This document shows positions 24,663 to 40,383 of a stretch of 64,000 nucleotides of DNA, piece after piece; the first letter of the stretch is position 1, and each line of letters begins with the position of its first letter. Position numbers and translations under genes: made by a program. The notes below the pieces were generated by a model. It had not been told where the DNA came from. It saw only the letters and a list, made by a program, of their open reading frames with translations, and ran no database searches. Origin of the DNA: Octopus vulgaris (lineage: Eukaryota); NCBI GenBank assembly GCA_951406725.2, contig OX597839.1, forward strand, positions 20,336,001-20,400,000. The letters run 5' to 3'.

Positions 24663-25056
24663 GTGTGTGTGTAATGTTATCAGCAGGATTGAGAAGAGTC
24701 AGTCAATCAAGCGTGACTTTGACAATAATCTGTTCTATCAAGGATGACAAGGATGACCTGCAAAGCACGGAATGATGGAACGGATGTGACATAGCGGAAA
24801 TGACACAAACGAAAACAAACGAGCAAAAAAAAAAAAAAAAAAAACATAAACACCAACATGAGATGTAAACAAACTTTGACCTAATTAAAACGCCAAAGGA
24901 AAAGATGATTAATATAATTTAATTGATTTTCTTCTTAATTTTTTTATACATTCATACATACATACATGCATACATGCATACACATTAACACACATACATG
25001 CACAGACACATGCACATATGTATGTATGTATGTATATATATATATATATGTATGTG

Positions 25057-25103
<47 letters not shown>

Positions 25104-25128
25104 GTGTGTGTATATATATATATATGTG

Positions 25129-25252
<124 letters not shown>

Positions 25253-25413
25253 GTTTGTTTTCTTGTTTTTCTTTTCATTCCATCAGATTTTCGAATCATT
25301 TTTATTGTTGTTTTTTTATCTTTCTCTTGTTTTAGTCATAGAATGTGACCATGCTGGAGCGTTAAAGGTTTTGTATGTGTGTGTCTGTGTGGAAGAGGGT
25401 GTATACGCACGTA

Positions 25414-26267
25414 TTGGGTCATCCCATGAATAGTGCGGTATTTTTATACTTTTTTAATTCTTCAAAATTAAGATAAACAAGGTTCTTTTTTAACCTAAAA
25501 TATACTCTCCTTCATTTTCTGCAATGTTCTTCCATCTATCTGGTAGACTTCCAAGGCTCCTCTTCCAAAATTCACTTGTAACGAAAAATACTCCTCCAAT
25601 ACTGTTCTGACTTCGTCAATATAATTCATATTTCTTTTGTCAAAATGATTTTGAAGACTGCGGAATAAATGATAATCAGATGGGGCAATGTCTGCCAAAT
25701 ATGGTGGGTTGGCTTCGTTACCCATTCAAACTGCTCCAGCCTTTGCAATGTGATCCTTGCTGCATGTGGCTGAGAATTATGCTGATGGAAAAACACCTTT
25801 CGTTTTAAAGCCAAAGATGGTCCTTTTTCATCTAGCGCTGACTTGAATGATCAAATCCAAGCTTCTCTGTTAGTTCTTCAACAGTTACGATAGGATTTTA
25901 TTCCACCAAGGTTCGCAGGACCTCCTCGTCGAGTTCTACAGATCTTCCAGGACGAGGCTCGTCTTCTAGGCTGTAGTCTCCGGCTCGGAATTCCTGAAAC
26001 CACCGTTGACACTGGCTTACACTTATTGTCCGATCCCCATATACTGCATTTCCCTCGCGCTGTCGCCCTTATTGAACTAAAAAATCAAAATATACCAAAT
26101 ATGTTCCTTTGTACTTCCATTATAGCTTTGAATAAATAACTGTTAAAATCGAACTGAACTCTTCAAAACTCGCTTTTTATAGCAATTTGATCCAGGTAGT
26201 TTATCCCGTCCCCCTGACTTTTAGTTCATGCAATTGAAAAAACTGCAGTATTTATGGGAAGACTCAA
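25414..26267 (-). mobile_element. Internally deleted mariner transposon
   Basis: TA-flanked TIRs ttgggtcatcccatgaata and tatttatgggaagactcaa. Peptide remnants QRWFQEFRAGDYSLEDEPRPGR, FHQHNSQPH and PPYLADIAPSDYHLFRSLQN. Confidence 0.9.
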
Positions 26268-26322
26268 TATATCTATAAGAATCTATCTATCCAATCCATT
26301 TATCTATATGTATCTATAAACG

Positions 26323-26580
26323 TGTGGAGGCGCGTGGCTTAGTGGTTAGGGTATCAGCATCATGATCGTAAGATTGTGGTTTCGATTCCTGGACCGGGGG
26401 ACGCGTTGTGTTCTTGACTAAAACACTTCATTTCACGTTGCTCCAGTCCACTCAGATGGCAAAAATGAGTAACGCTGCATTGGACTGGCGCCCCGTCCAG
26501 CTGGGGAACACATACGCCATTGAAACCGGGGAACCGCGCCCATGAGCCTGGCTAGGCTTTAAAAGAGGGCACATTTATTT
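26323..26580 (+). mobile_element. SINE family D (tRNA head, CORE-like segment), tail type 1
   Basis: A-box tggcttagtgg, B-box gtttcgattcc, central gttgtgttcttgactaaaacacttcatttcacgttgctccag, and a (ttta) end. Confidence 0.85.
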
Positions 26581-27119
26581 ATATTTTATGTTTAAACGTA
26601 TGGATATCTATATCTATTTCTACCTAGTCAATTACATCGACTCCAGAACTTGTACTGTACTTGTTTCATCGACCACGAAATTGCAAAATGCAAAGTCGAC
26701 CTCAGCGGGATTTGATCTCGCAACGTAAAGAGCCGGAAAAAAAAAACGTATATATATAACCTCTTTCGACGCTCTAACGATGCTGCCAGCTCACATAATG
26801 GTAATTACTGTAAATTTATATTAGCCACTCTCCGGTAGCAAAATTGTCTGCCTGCTTTATTTGCCGGTTTTAATTAGGTTTTAATATAATTACTACTTCT
26901 TGTGATTAGCACGTGTGTGCGTGAGTGTGTGTACTCTGCTCAAGTATGCGGGAGTGTGTATCTGTGTGTGTGTGCGAGTGTGTATCTGTATGTGCGTGAG
27001 TGCGCGCGTGTGTGCGAATGTACTAGATTTGTTGTTGTTGCTGTTGTTGTTGTTTCTGTAGTTAATTTTTTTGATTTGGCTGGAATTTTTTTTTTGTGTG
27101 TGTTTGTATGATATAAGTT

Positions 27120-27830
<711 letters not shown>

Positions 27831-28309
27831 ATGCTAATAATTTCTTTTCCTTGTATTTTCTAGTTGAACTGCACTTTAAACTGTGCAAACTCCTATTAAC
27901 CACACTCGAATGGTGAATGCCCCACTGAAGCATTCTTAATAATGTGCATTAAACCTCTCCTTCCCACTTCTCGCTGTTGCTCTCCGTTTTTCGCTAATGT
28001 TCCATTGTCCTTACTCTCTCTTTACTCTCTCTCTCTACACTGGAGTGGCGGAGATCAGGAATTAACCAGATGCAAGTAATAAATACAAAAAGCGAAAGAC
28101 TGACAAATGCAGACACGTGTCTATTACATGTATGTGAGCTTGTGCATATATGTATGTGTGCCGGAGAAAACTCTTAGCTGCATTTCGTCCGGCTTGATCC
28201 GTCACCCAATATTTCAGACCTTAGAAGATTCCTCGTGCAATAATCGCGCGCGCACACACACACACACTCATTCTCTCTCTCTCTTTTTCTCTCTCTCTTT
28301 TTCTCTCTC

Positions 28310-28342
<33 letters not shown>

Positions 28343-28359
28343 TTCTCCCTCTCTCTCCC

Positions 28360-28548
<189 letters not shown>

Positions 28549-28572
28549 CTCACTTATATGTGTAGGTATGTT

Positions 28573-28618
<46 letters not shown>

Positions 28619-29107
28619 GTGTGTGTGTGTGTGCGCGCGTGCTTATTGTATAAAGAACCTTTTATGGTCTGAAATTTTTTTATGACGGATCCAGCCGGAC
28701 GGAATGCAACTAAGAATTTTGTCCGGCGTGCTAACGATTCCTTCTCTCTTTCTCCATAACTATATTTTATTCTGTTATTGAACAACAATCTGGTGTCTTT
28801 TTCTGTTCCCTTTTTACCGTTGCTGTTGTATTTTTTTTTTGTTTGCCCTGGGTGTTGAGAAGACACTCGACAAGAAATGGAAACAAAATTGAAAGAAGAA
28901 ATAAACCACATTTAAATAATGGCTTCAAATTTTAGCACAAGGCCAGCAATTCCAGGGTAGGGAGTAAGTTGATTCTATCGACCCCAGTCATCAACTGATA
29001 CTTACTTTATCGACCCCGAACGTATGAAAGGCGAAGTCCACCTCGAAGTAATTTGAAAGCAACATTTAATAATAACAGCATTAGAAAATATAAAATAGTT
29101 TGGAATA

Positions 29108-29478
29108 GGCGTAGGAGTGGCTGTGTGGTAAGTAGCTTGCTTACCAACCACATGGTTCCGGGTTCAGTCCCACTGCGTGACACCTTGGACAAGTGTCTTC
29201 TACTATAGCCTCGGGCCGTCTAAAGCCTTGGGAAACTGAAAGAAGCCCGTCGTATATGTGTGTGTGTGTGTGTGTTTGTTTGTTCTCCCAACATTGCTTG
29301 ACAACCGATGCTGGTGTGTTTACGTCCCCGTAACTTAGCCGTTCGGCAAAAAGATACCGATAGAATAAGTGCTAGGCCTAAAAAGAATAAGTCCTGGGGG
29401 CGATTTGCTCGACTAAAGGCGGTGCTCCAGCATGGCCACAGTCAAATGACTAAAACAAGTGAAAGATTAAAAGAGTAA
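29108..29478 (+). mobile_element. SINE family B (subfamily 1)
   Basis: Head-to-tail match with a small deletion. Confidence 0.9.
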
Positions 29479-29743
29479 GATTGTAAACTGTTTGAAACTT
29501 TATACTCTGAGTAATGAGGTTTGCGAATCAAAATGTTTCATAGGAATTCAAACCCAAATTCTCCTTCAAAGATCATCTCTTTATCTCTTTATTTATTTAT
29601 TTATATATTTATTCGTTTCTTTATTTTGCTGCAAATGGAGGTTATCTTGAACTTATCTCTGATCAAACGCGTTCCAACTGTAATCATCCTTAGTTTTATT
29701 TTACACAAAATGTAGTTATTTTCTAATTATGCGATAGGGAAAA

Positions 29744-30447
29744 GGCGAAGAGCTGGCAGAATCGTTAGCACGCCGGGCGAAATGCTTAGCAATATTTCAT
29801 CTGTCTTAACGTTCTGAGTTCAAATTCCGCCGTGGTCGACTTTGCCTTTCATCCTTTCGGGGTCGATTAAATAAGTACCAGTTACGCACTGGGGTCGATA
29901 TAATCGACTTAATCCCTTTGTCTGTCCTTGTTTGTCCTCTCTGTGTTAAACACAGAGAGGACAAACAAGGACAGGTATTTCGTCTGCCGCTACATTCTGA
30001 GTTCAAATTCCGCCGAGGTCGACTTTGCCTTTCATCCTTTCGGGGTCGATTAAATAAGTACCAATTACGCACTGGGGTCGATATAATCGACTGTCTGTCC
30101 TTTGTCTGTCCTTGTTTGTTCCCTCTGTGTTTAGCCCCTTTTGGGTAGTAAAGAAATAGGTATTTCGTCTGCCGCTACGTTCTGAGTTCAAATTCCGCCG
30201 AGGTCGACTTTGCCTTTCATCCTTTCAGGGTCGATTAAATAAGTACCAGTTACGCAAGAAGGATAGACAAAGGGATTAAGTCGATTACATAGACACCAGT
30301 GCGTAACTGGTACTTAGTTTATCGACCCCGAAAGGATGAAAGGCAAAGTCGATCTCGGCGGAATTTGAACTCAGAACGTAACGGCAGACAAAATACGGTT
30401 ATGCATTTCGCCCGGCGTGCTGACGGTTCTGCCAGCTCAATCGCCGC
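29744..30447. mobile_element. SINE family A array (+, 29744-30256) fused to an inverted family A copy (-, about 30260-30447)
   Basis: Three + bodies followed by a reverse-complement body and head. A short internal fold-back lies at 29922-29973. Confidence 0.9.
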
Positions 30448-30458
30448 CTTTCACCCAT

Positions 30459-30491
<33 letters not shown>

Positions 30492-30762
30492 CATACACAC
30501 ACGGATACACATGCGAGTACAAATATATGTTTATGCTGGGGTGAGAGTGTCTTTGTGTTTGTGTGTGTGTGTGTGTGTGTGTGCGTGCGTATAAACCTAC
30601 AGAGACACACGTACACGTACATATACGCGTATATGTATTTATGCATGCGATTTATCATCTTGGAGTGGTGTACGAGCGGAGGGAAAGAGAAGGGCAAGAA
30701 AGATGTAGAGAAAGAAGACAAACACAGCATATATAGATAAGGAGAAAGAGAGAGAGAGAGAC

Positions 30763-30801
<39 letters not shown>

Positions 30802-31073
30802 GACACAGGCTGACAGACTCGCGGATAGATTTGTGTTGGGGGTCAAATAGACGGTGTTTGTAGATTTGATGGGCGTAAAGATGGCAGTTGGTGTGTTTAG
30901 GGAAGTAGTTCGCTCCTTGAAATGAGCGGGACCAAACAGGAAGTGGTTGATGGCTTAGGTTTATTCGGTGCAAGTTATGCGATTGGGTGTGTGTGTGCGT
31001 GCGTGAGTGTGTGTTCGTGTGTACGTGTGTGTGTGTGTGCATACATACACACACACATACACACACACATATA

Positions 31074-31127
<54 letters not shown>

Positions 31128-31608
31128 TATATTTCTGCGGAAGTATATATATGTATGTATATGCATGTCTGTGTGTGTATGTTTGTTTGTATTTGTGTAT
31201 ATGTATATAGATAGGTAGGTAGCTATATATTACACACACACACACATATATACATATATACATGACCCCCCACACACATAGGCACGCACGCACACATACA
31301 CACATATATATACTTATATATATATATATATACATACATAAACATATGTACCAAATTCAATGGCAATGCAAGCCCCGGGCTACAATAGAAGACTCTTGCC
31401 CCTCCCTAGAAAGGATGCGCATAGTGGATCTGAACCCAAAACCACATAATTACAAAGCGAGCCTCGTAACTACACAGCAATGCCTACTCCCTAGGAAACG
31501 ATACACTGCCCCCCGAAGTAGGAGATACTTAACCGCGACATTCAGAAAACTTCTGAGAGTAACGCACACACAAGACCGATGCTCTACCGACTGGGACTTT
31601 TTCTCTCA

Positions 31609-31671
<63 letters not shown>

Positions 31672-31736
31672 CGTGCGTGCGAGAGAGAGCGAGAGAGAAA
31701 AGAGAGAGAGAGAAAGGGGAAATTGTAACAGACAGA

Positions 31737-31894
31737 CAGGAGTGGCTGTGTGGTAAGTAGCTTGCTAACCAACCACATGGTTCCGGGTTCAGTCCCACTG
31801 CGTGGCACCTTGGGCAAGTGTCTTCTGCTATAGCCCTGGGCCGACCAATGCCTTGTGAGTGGATTTGGTAGACGGAAACTGAAAGAAGCCTGTC

Positions 31895-31942
<48 letters not shown>

Positions 31943-32160
31943 GTATGTGTGTGTGTGTTTGTGTGTCTGTGTTTGTCCCCTAGCATTGCTTGACAACCGA
32001 TGCTGGTGTGTTCACGTCCCCGTCACTTAGCGGTTCGGCAAAAGAGACCGATAGAATAAGTACTGGACTTACAAAAGAATAAGTCCCGGGGTCGATTTGC
32101 TCGACTAAAGGCGGTGCTCCAGCATGGCCGCAGTCAAATGACTGAAACAAATAAAAGAGA
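31737..32160 (+). mobile_element. SINE family B
   Basis: Full match to the family. Confidence 0.92.
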
Positions 32161-32884
32161 GAGAAAAGAGAAAAAGAAAGAGAGACAGACAGAGAAAGAC
32201 GCATTCTGTTGCTGGATGGGCTGCTGAGGCATTCACAGTGAAGACGGCATGGCAAGGATTCGAGGCGAGATTTAGCGTTTCAGTGTGCAGCTGGTGCAGA
32301 CACTGCAAATAACTTCACTGAAATTCAGGGGTTCAAAGGAAAAACGGATTATATAAGAATACTTTCGTTCGCTCTCTTAATCTAATTCCCGGATACCAAA
32401 GGATTTTGCATCTAAGATAGATGAAGTTAATGCAAAGGGGTTGAATAACGTGTGTAGATAACGATACATCTTCTGTTCGTAATGTTATTGATTCAGAAAT
32501 TGAGCAGATGGTTATGTATTCTGAGGATGAAGATAAAGAAGCTGGGAAGAAAGCAGCGAGAAAGAAGAAATAGGATATTTATTGAGTGTTTAATTAATTT
32601 AGTTGAATTATAACTGTATACAAAAGAAAATAATTAAAGTTGCTATGTTGTAGGATAAACTAATCATAGAAAAGGGATAAGATATATGAAACGGCTTGGC
32701 TTGAAAGATAGGGAGGGTGGTGTAAAATAAACAGACTTCCAAGTGAATTGGGAAGACGGAAAATGTGTGGAAGCCCTTCGAGTGCGTGTGTGTGTCTGTG
32801 TGTCCATGCTTATGCAAATGTATACGTAAGCATGTAATTCGGTCAAATGAGCACCCTAACAACAACAACAACAGCAACAACAAC

Positions 32885-32979
<95 letters not shown>

Positions 32980-33638
32980 TCCTTTCTATTAACGGCACAA
33001 AGCCTGGAATTTTGGGTGAGGTATTATAATTCGATTACATCGACTCCAGTGTTTAACTGGTACTTTATATTATTGAATCCGAAAGGATGAAAGGCAAATT
33101 CCACCTCGGTGGTATTTGAACTCGGAACGTAAAGACGGACGAAATGCCGCTGAGCATTTTGTCTGCCGTGTTAACAAATCTGCCAGCTCACCGCTGTAAT
33201 AATAATAATTATTATTATTATTATATTTCTTTATTGCCCACAAGGTGCTAAACACAGAGGGGACAAACAAGGACAGACAAAGGGATTAAGTCGATTACAT
33301 CGACCACAGTGTGTGACTGGTACTTAATTTATCGACCCCAAAAGGATGAAAGGTAAAGTCGACCTTGGCGGAATCTGAACTCAGAACGTAACGGGAGATG
33401 AAATATCTATTTCTTTACTACCCACAAGGGGCTAAACATAGAGGGGACAAACAAAGACAGACACACGGATTAAGTCAATTACATCGACCCCAGTGCGTAA
33501 CTGGTACTTAATTTATCGACCCCGAAAGGATGAAAGGCAAAGTCTACCTCGGCGGAATTTGAACTCGGAACGCAACGACAGACGAAATACGGTTACGCAT
33601 TTCGCCCGGCGTGCTAACGTTTCTGCTAGCTCGCCGCC
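32980..33638 (-). mobile_element. SINE family A: old monomer (about 33030-33195) and dimeric array (33225-33638)
   Basis: Reverse-complement bodies. The head ends gctcgccgcc. Confidence 0.88.
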
Positions 33639-33751
33639 ATTTTTTTGCCATCATTTTGAGATCTGTGTACGTGTGTGTGTGTATTTGTCTACGTGTGTGT
33701 GTGTGTGTTTGTCTACGTGTGTGTGTTTGTCTATGTCTGTGTTTGTGTGTA

Positions 33752-33871
33752 TGTGAAGGTGAATGGTTCTGTGGTTAGAGCATTGGGTTCGCAATCCTGA
33801 GGAAGTGGGTTCGATTCCCGGACCGGGCTGTGTGTTGTCTTCTTGCGCAAGACACTTTAATCCATGTTGCT
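33752..33871 (+). mobile_element. SINE family D head fragment
   Basis: gtgaaggtgaatggttctgtggttagagc...ggttcgattcccggaccgggctg. Confidence 0.7.
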
Positions 33872-34709
33872 GGTGGTGGTGGCGGTGGCGGTGGTGGTGG
33901 TGGTGGTGGTGGTGGTGGTGGTGGTGGTAGCCATTATGGTGGTGGCAGCGGCGGTGCTGGTGCTGGTGGTTGTGATGATGGTGGTGATGATGGTGGTCGT
34001 GGTGGTAGGTTGCTTGTGATGGTGATAACAGTGGTGGTGGTGGTGGTGTTTGGAGTAGTGAAGATGATACCAACAATGTTATTGTGTTCGGGATTGTATT
34101 TGTGGTTTGCATAGTGACGGCGTTGGTATTAGTAGTGATGGTTGTGTTTGTGGTGATGGTAGTGGTGGTGGTCGCGGTGGCAACTTGCAAGGAACGGGGC
34201 GTGGCAAGATGTACAATATCTAAAATAACAACTAACGTTACCACCACAATCAGCACCGCCACCACCACCACCACCACCACCACCACCACCACCACCACCA
34301 CCACTACAACCACCACCACCACCACAATCACCACCATTAAAACCACCAAAATGTCTTGGCATATAAACCTGATGACCTTAAACACACAACAACAACCAGA
34401 TGGATTTCATTAAACTATATTTAGACAGACATATATACATATATACATAATATATACTACATACATTAATATATAGATATAGATATGTAATTATATATAT
34501 ATATATGTATGTATATCTCTCTCTATTTATATATATATGTATGTATGTGTATATATATATATGTATGTATGTATGTATATACATACATACATATAGGTCT
34601 ATGTGAGCATGTAGTGTTGTGTGCTATGTGTGTATATCTAAGTAGATGCTTTATAAATACATAATTATATAAAAACTGACATTTCGGAAATATAATATAT
34701 ATATATATA

Positions 34710-35060
34710 GGCGCAGGAGTGGTTGCGTGGTAAGTAGCTTGCTTACCAACCACATGGTTCCGGGTTCAGTCCCACTGCGTGGCACCTTGGGCAAGTGTCT
34801 TCTACTATAGACTCGGGCCGACCAAAGCCTTGTGAGTGGATTTGGTAGACGGAAACTGAAAGAAGCCCGTCGTATATATGTATATGTGTGTGTCTGTGTT
34901 TGTCCTCCCCAACATCGTTTGACAACCGAAGCTGGTGTGTTTACGTCTCCGTTATCTAGCGGTTCGGCAAAGAGACCGATAGAATAAGTACTAGGCTTAC
35001 AAAGAATAAGTCCTGGGGTCGATTTACTCAACTAATGGCGGTGCTCCAAATGACTAAAAA
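34710..35060 (+). mobile_element. SINE family B (subfamily 1)
   Basis: Full match, preceded by (TA)n. Confidence 0.9.
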
Positions 35061-35633
35061 TTTAAAGTATAAAATTATACATACATGCATGCACACACAC
35101 ACACGCATATACACATATGTGTGTGTATATATATATTTCTAAGTCTTTCTAAAGGCGACTACAGCAGCGGTACTAGATATTAATAGTTATCGCCAAGCTA
35201 ACATGGCAGTGCACAAAAATAGGACGAATGCTACCGTTGATTAGCTCCAAGAGGCCATCGCCTTCGAACAGGGTAGGTCAGCCGCTTCCCCTTGTTGCTC
35301 TGGTATCATGTATATATATTACAAATAATCTTTTCTCTCAGGAAGTATTAGACCTGACACCGTCTATTAACCGGTGTTGTTTAAACGATGAATAGCTTCG
35401 CGTAAACCATGGTCCGTTTTGTTCTCTTACTTTATTATCATCTTTTAATTATCTCATAATAATGACCTTTATGACTCGTATTACTACCTCAGTCAATCTA
35501 AATGTATATATTTGTCTTTACCTGTCAGAAATAGCCTTTTTTTATTTGCAATGTGCATTTTCGTTGATTTTTCATATTTTACCCTTACATTTCCACGCGT
35601 ATTTTATATTTTCTTTTCGTAACATATTTCTAC

Positions 35634-35718
<85 letters not shown>

Positions 35719-36314
35719 TGCATCAGCATGGCCGCAGCTCTGAGCTGAAACTATAAAAAAAATACTTATATATATATATATATATATATATATTTAAGTA
35801 GTGAATCGAAACAAAGAAGAACAAACAGGAAAATACAATAATGCAAGGACACGGTACACGATGCACGTGCGTGTATATAATTAAATACAAATAGGCATTT
35901 GAAATATATATATATATATATATACATACATCTACAAATGCTTATGGAAATATATTCAAGCACAAATGCGTTCTCCTACATGTGTGCGTGTGTGTCTGTC
36001 GATATACGTAGTACGTATGTATATATGTATGAATGTATGTATGTGTTTATGTTTATATTTATGTACCAGAAACGAAGCATAACGGGACGTTAATTTACTA
36101 TAATCATTTAATTAGTCTGCCAGCATGGTTACCAAATTCTAGTAATTGTACTAATTAGAATATCGCATTTCCACCACAAGCAAACACAAGTAGCGACACC
36201 AGTGGCCGCGTTTGTAAACACTCTGCAATGGCGTATCAGTTAACGTTCTAGACGTCTGTGAATTAACCTCCCTGACGGATTGTTTTTATACATTTAAACA
36301 TGCATATCAATGTG

Positions 36315-36379
<65 letters not shown>

Positions 36380-36404
36380 GAGAGAGAGAGAGAGACAGAG
36401 AGAC

Positions 36405-36479
<75 letters not shown>

Positions 36480-36536
36480 ATGCCTGCGTGTGTCTGCATC
36501 TGCTTGCACGTGTGCATAAGAACGTGCAGCTACATC

Positions 36537-37623
36537 ACAGACAAACGGATTAAGTCGATTATATCGACCCCAGTGCGTAACTGGTACTTATTTAATCCAC
36601 CCCGAAAGGATGAAAGACAAAGTCGACCTCGGCGGAATTTGAACTCAGAACGTAGCGGCAGACGAAATTCCTACTTCTTTACTGCCCACAGGGGGTTACA
36701 CACAGAGGGGACAAACAAGGACAGACAAAGGGATTAAGTCGATTATATCGACCTCAGTGCGTAACTGGTACTTATTTCATCCACCCCGAAAGGATGAAAG
36801 ACAAAGTCGACCTCGGCGGAATTTGAACTCAGAACGTAGCGGCAGATGAAATACCTATTTCTTTACTACCCACAAGGGGTTAAACATAGAGAGGACAAAC
36901 AAAGACAGACTAACGGATTAAGTCGATTATATCGACCCCAGTGCGTAACTGCTACTTAATTTATCGACCCTGAAAGGATGAAAGGCAAAGTCGACCTCGG
37001 CGGAATTTGAACTCACAACGTAACGGCAGATGAAATACCTATTTCTATTTCTTTACAAACCAAAATGGGATAAACACAGAGAGTACAGACAAGGACAGAC
37101 AAAGGGATTAAGTCGATTACATCGCTACGTAATTTATAGACCCCGAAAAGATGAAAGGCAAAGTCGACCTCGGCGGAATTTGAACTCACAACGTAACGGC
37201 AGATGAAATACCTATTTCTATTTCTTTACAAACCAAAATGGGATAAACACAGAGAGTACAGACAAGGACAGACAAAGGGATTAAGTCGATTACATCGCTA
37301 CGTAATTTATCGACCCCGAAAAGATGAAAGGCAAAGTCGACCTCGGCGGAATTTGAACTCACAACGTAACGGCAGATGAAATACCTATTTCTATTTCTTT
37401 ACAAACCAAAAGGGGATAAACACAGAGAGTACAGACAAGGACAGACAAAGGGATTAAGTCGATTACATCGACCCCAGTGCGTAACTGATACTTAATTTAT
37501 CGACCCCGAAAGGATGAAAGGCAAAGTCGACCTCGGCGGAATTTGAACTCAGAACGTAGCGGCAGACGAAATACCGCAAAGCATTTCGCCCGGCGTGCTA
37601 ACGTTTCTGCCAGCTCGCAGCCT
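36537..37623 (-). mobile_element. SINE family A tandem array (head plus 6 bodies)
   Basis: Junction gaaatacctatttc(ttta) or a close variant occurs five times. A single head lies at 37575-37623. Confidence 0.93.
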
Positions 37624-38049
37624 TAACATCGCAACGTAACAAATGCACAGGGCCGTTAAATCGGCAGACATATTTCTTCCTAAATTCGCTGCGCTTGTTA
37701 CTCTAATTAATGGGAGAAAAAATAACTACTGATTTATTTCGTAGTAACTGAAATAATTAAAATCCTCAGTTAGTGTATAATTGATATTATTTTTCCATCG
37801 ATGCAGATGCATTTCTAGTTAACTTTTTTTAACGCTTCGTGTATCAAGCGTTAAGAAAGAAAATGTTATAAGAATAATTTCGATAGTGAGAATCTAGTTT
37901 AATGCGTAATATTCATATCTCATGTTGTTGATTTAAAGTGTAAAGTGTTTTGAGACAATTCGGCAACTCTGCAGCCATGATGTAAATGAGGAAATAGAAG
38001 ACGATAGATTGTTACATCTGTATGTATGCGTGAATGTGTGTGTGTATGG

Positions 38050-39000
<951 letters not shown>

Positions 39001-39428
39001 GTAGTGGTGATAGTGTTGGAGTATCGTTGCTAAAACGCATCCATTCTGTTTCTCCAAACTTCCCAATCTTGGTTTTTTTTTTCCCTAGCATAATAATTTT
39101 CCTTCTTTGTATTGGCCATTCCACCCTCACCCCCACCCCCACCGCCTCCGTCCCATTCAGACTCTTCCTCGTCACCTTTTGCCACACAACGTATCTGATT
39201 GGTCCGAAACAGGGAGAAGCATATCTTTTAGCTTTGTTCTGTTGCCGTTCTTTTCGCCGTTCTGTCGTGGTTTTCTGTAGCCTTTGAGAACGGTGAGGCT
39301 CAAACTGATTTTGTTCCGTGTTGCTTGAAACTTTTGCGATGTTGTTGTAGGTGCTGCGTCTATTCTTGAAGCTGGTGCTGCGGCCTTTTTGTTTTTTTTT
39401 GGAGCGGTTGCATGTTGTTATTAATAAA

Positions 39429-39770
39429 GGGGTAAAGACCCCCTTCGGTCATGACTGACCATGGGATTGCACCTAGAAAGTTATCCTCCTAGACACAAGT
39501 CCGGGCAAGGTTGTTTATGGAAAACCAGCAGTCGCCCATGCATACCAGCCTCCCCTCTCTACGCCACCAGTGTTATCCAAGGGAAAGACAAAGGTCGATA
39601 CAGCTTGGCACCAGTGACGTCGCAACTCATTTCTACAGCTGAGTGAACTGGAGCAACGTGAAATAAAGTGCCTTGCTCAAGAACACAACACGCAGCCCGG
39701 TCCGGGATTCGAGCTCACAACCTCACGATCGTAAGCTCGACGCTCTAACCACTGAGCCATGCGCCTTCAC
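39429..39770 (-). mobile_element. SINE family D, tail type 2
   Basis: On the reverse strand the head reads gtgaaggcgcatggctcagtggttagagcg...tcgaatcccggaccggg. It shares the CORE-like block with 26323 but has a different tail. Confidence 0.85.
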
Positions 39771-39802
39771 ACATTAATACTGTTATAGTTATTGTCGTTG
39801 CT

Positions 39803-40383
39803 GTTTGTTTGTTTGTTGAGCGAAGCGGTCATCGTCCCAGAATGGGAGAAGTCCGAAACGTGGTCCTTTGCTATTCGTAAGACCCGCAGAAGAGAAAGCA
39901 GGTCAACCCCCGACACCGAGAGCATCGACGGATGGATGAATGCGCATCCAGGCTCAGCGGTTGCGTAGGAAGTCGGGGATAAGAAACAGGAAGAGAGAGT
40001 GAGAGAAAGTTGGAGCGAAAGAGTACAACAGGGGTCGCCACCACCCCCTGCCCGGCGCCTCGTGGAGCTTGAGGTGTTTTCGCTCAATAAACACACACAA
40101 CGCCCGGTCTGTGAATCGAAACCACGATCCTCTGACCGCGTGTCCGCTGCCCTAACCACTGGGTAGGATGTCGGGGACAAGAAACAGGAAGAAAGAGTGA
40201 GAGAAAGTTGGAGCGAAAGAGTACAACAGGGGTCGCCACCCCCACCCCCACCCCTGCCGGAGCCTCGTGGAGCTTGAGGTGTTTTCGCTCAATAAACACA
40301 CACAACGCCCGGTCTGGGAATCGAAACCGCGATCCTCCGACCGCGAGCCTGCTGCCCTAACCACTGGGCCATTGCGCCTCCAC
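39803..40383 (-). mobile_element. SINE family C (tRNA-Arg-like head) with duplicated 5' half, tail type 2
   Basis: On the reverse strand the head reads gtggaggcgcaatggcccagtggttagggcag. The head and body are present twice, and the element ends (aaac)n. Confidence 0.88.
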
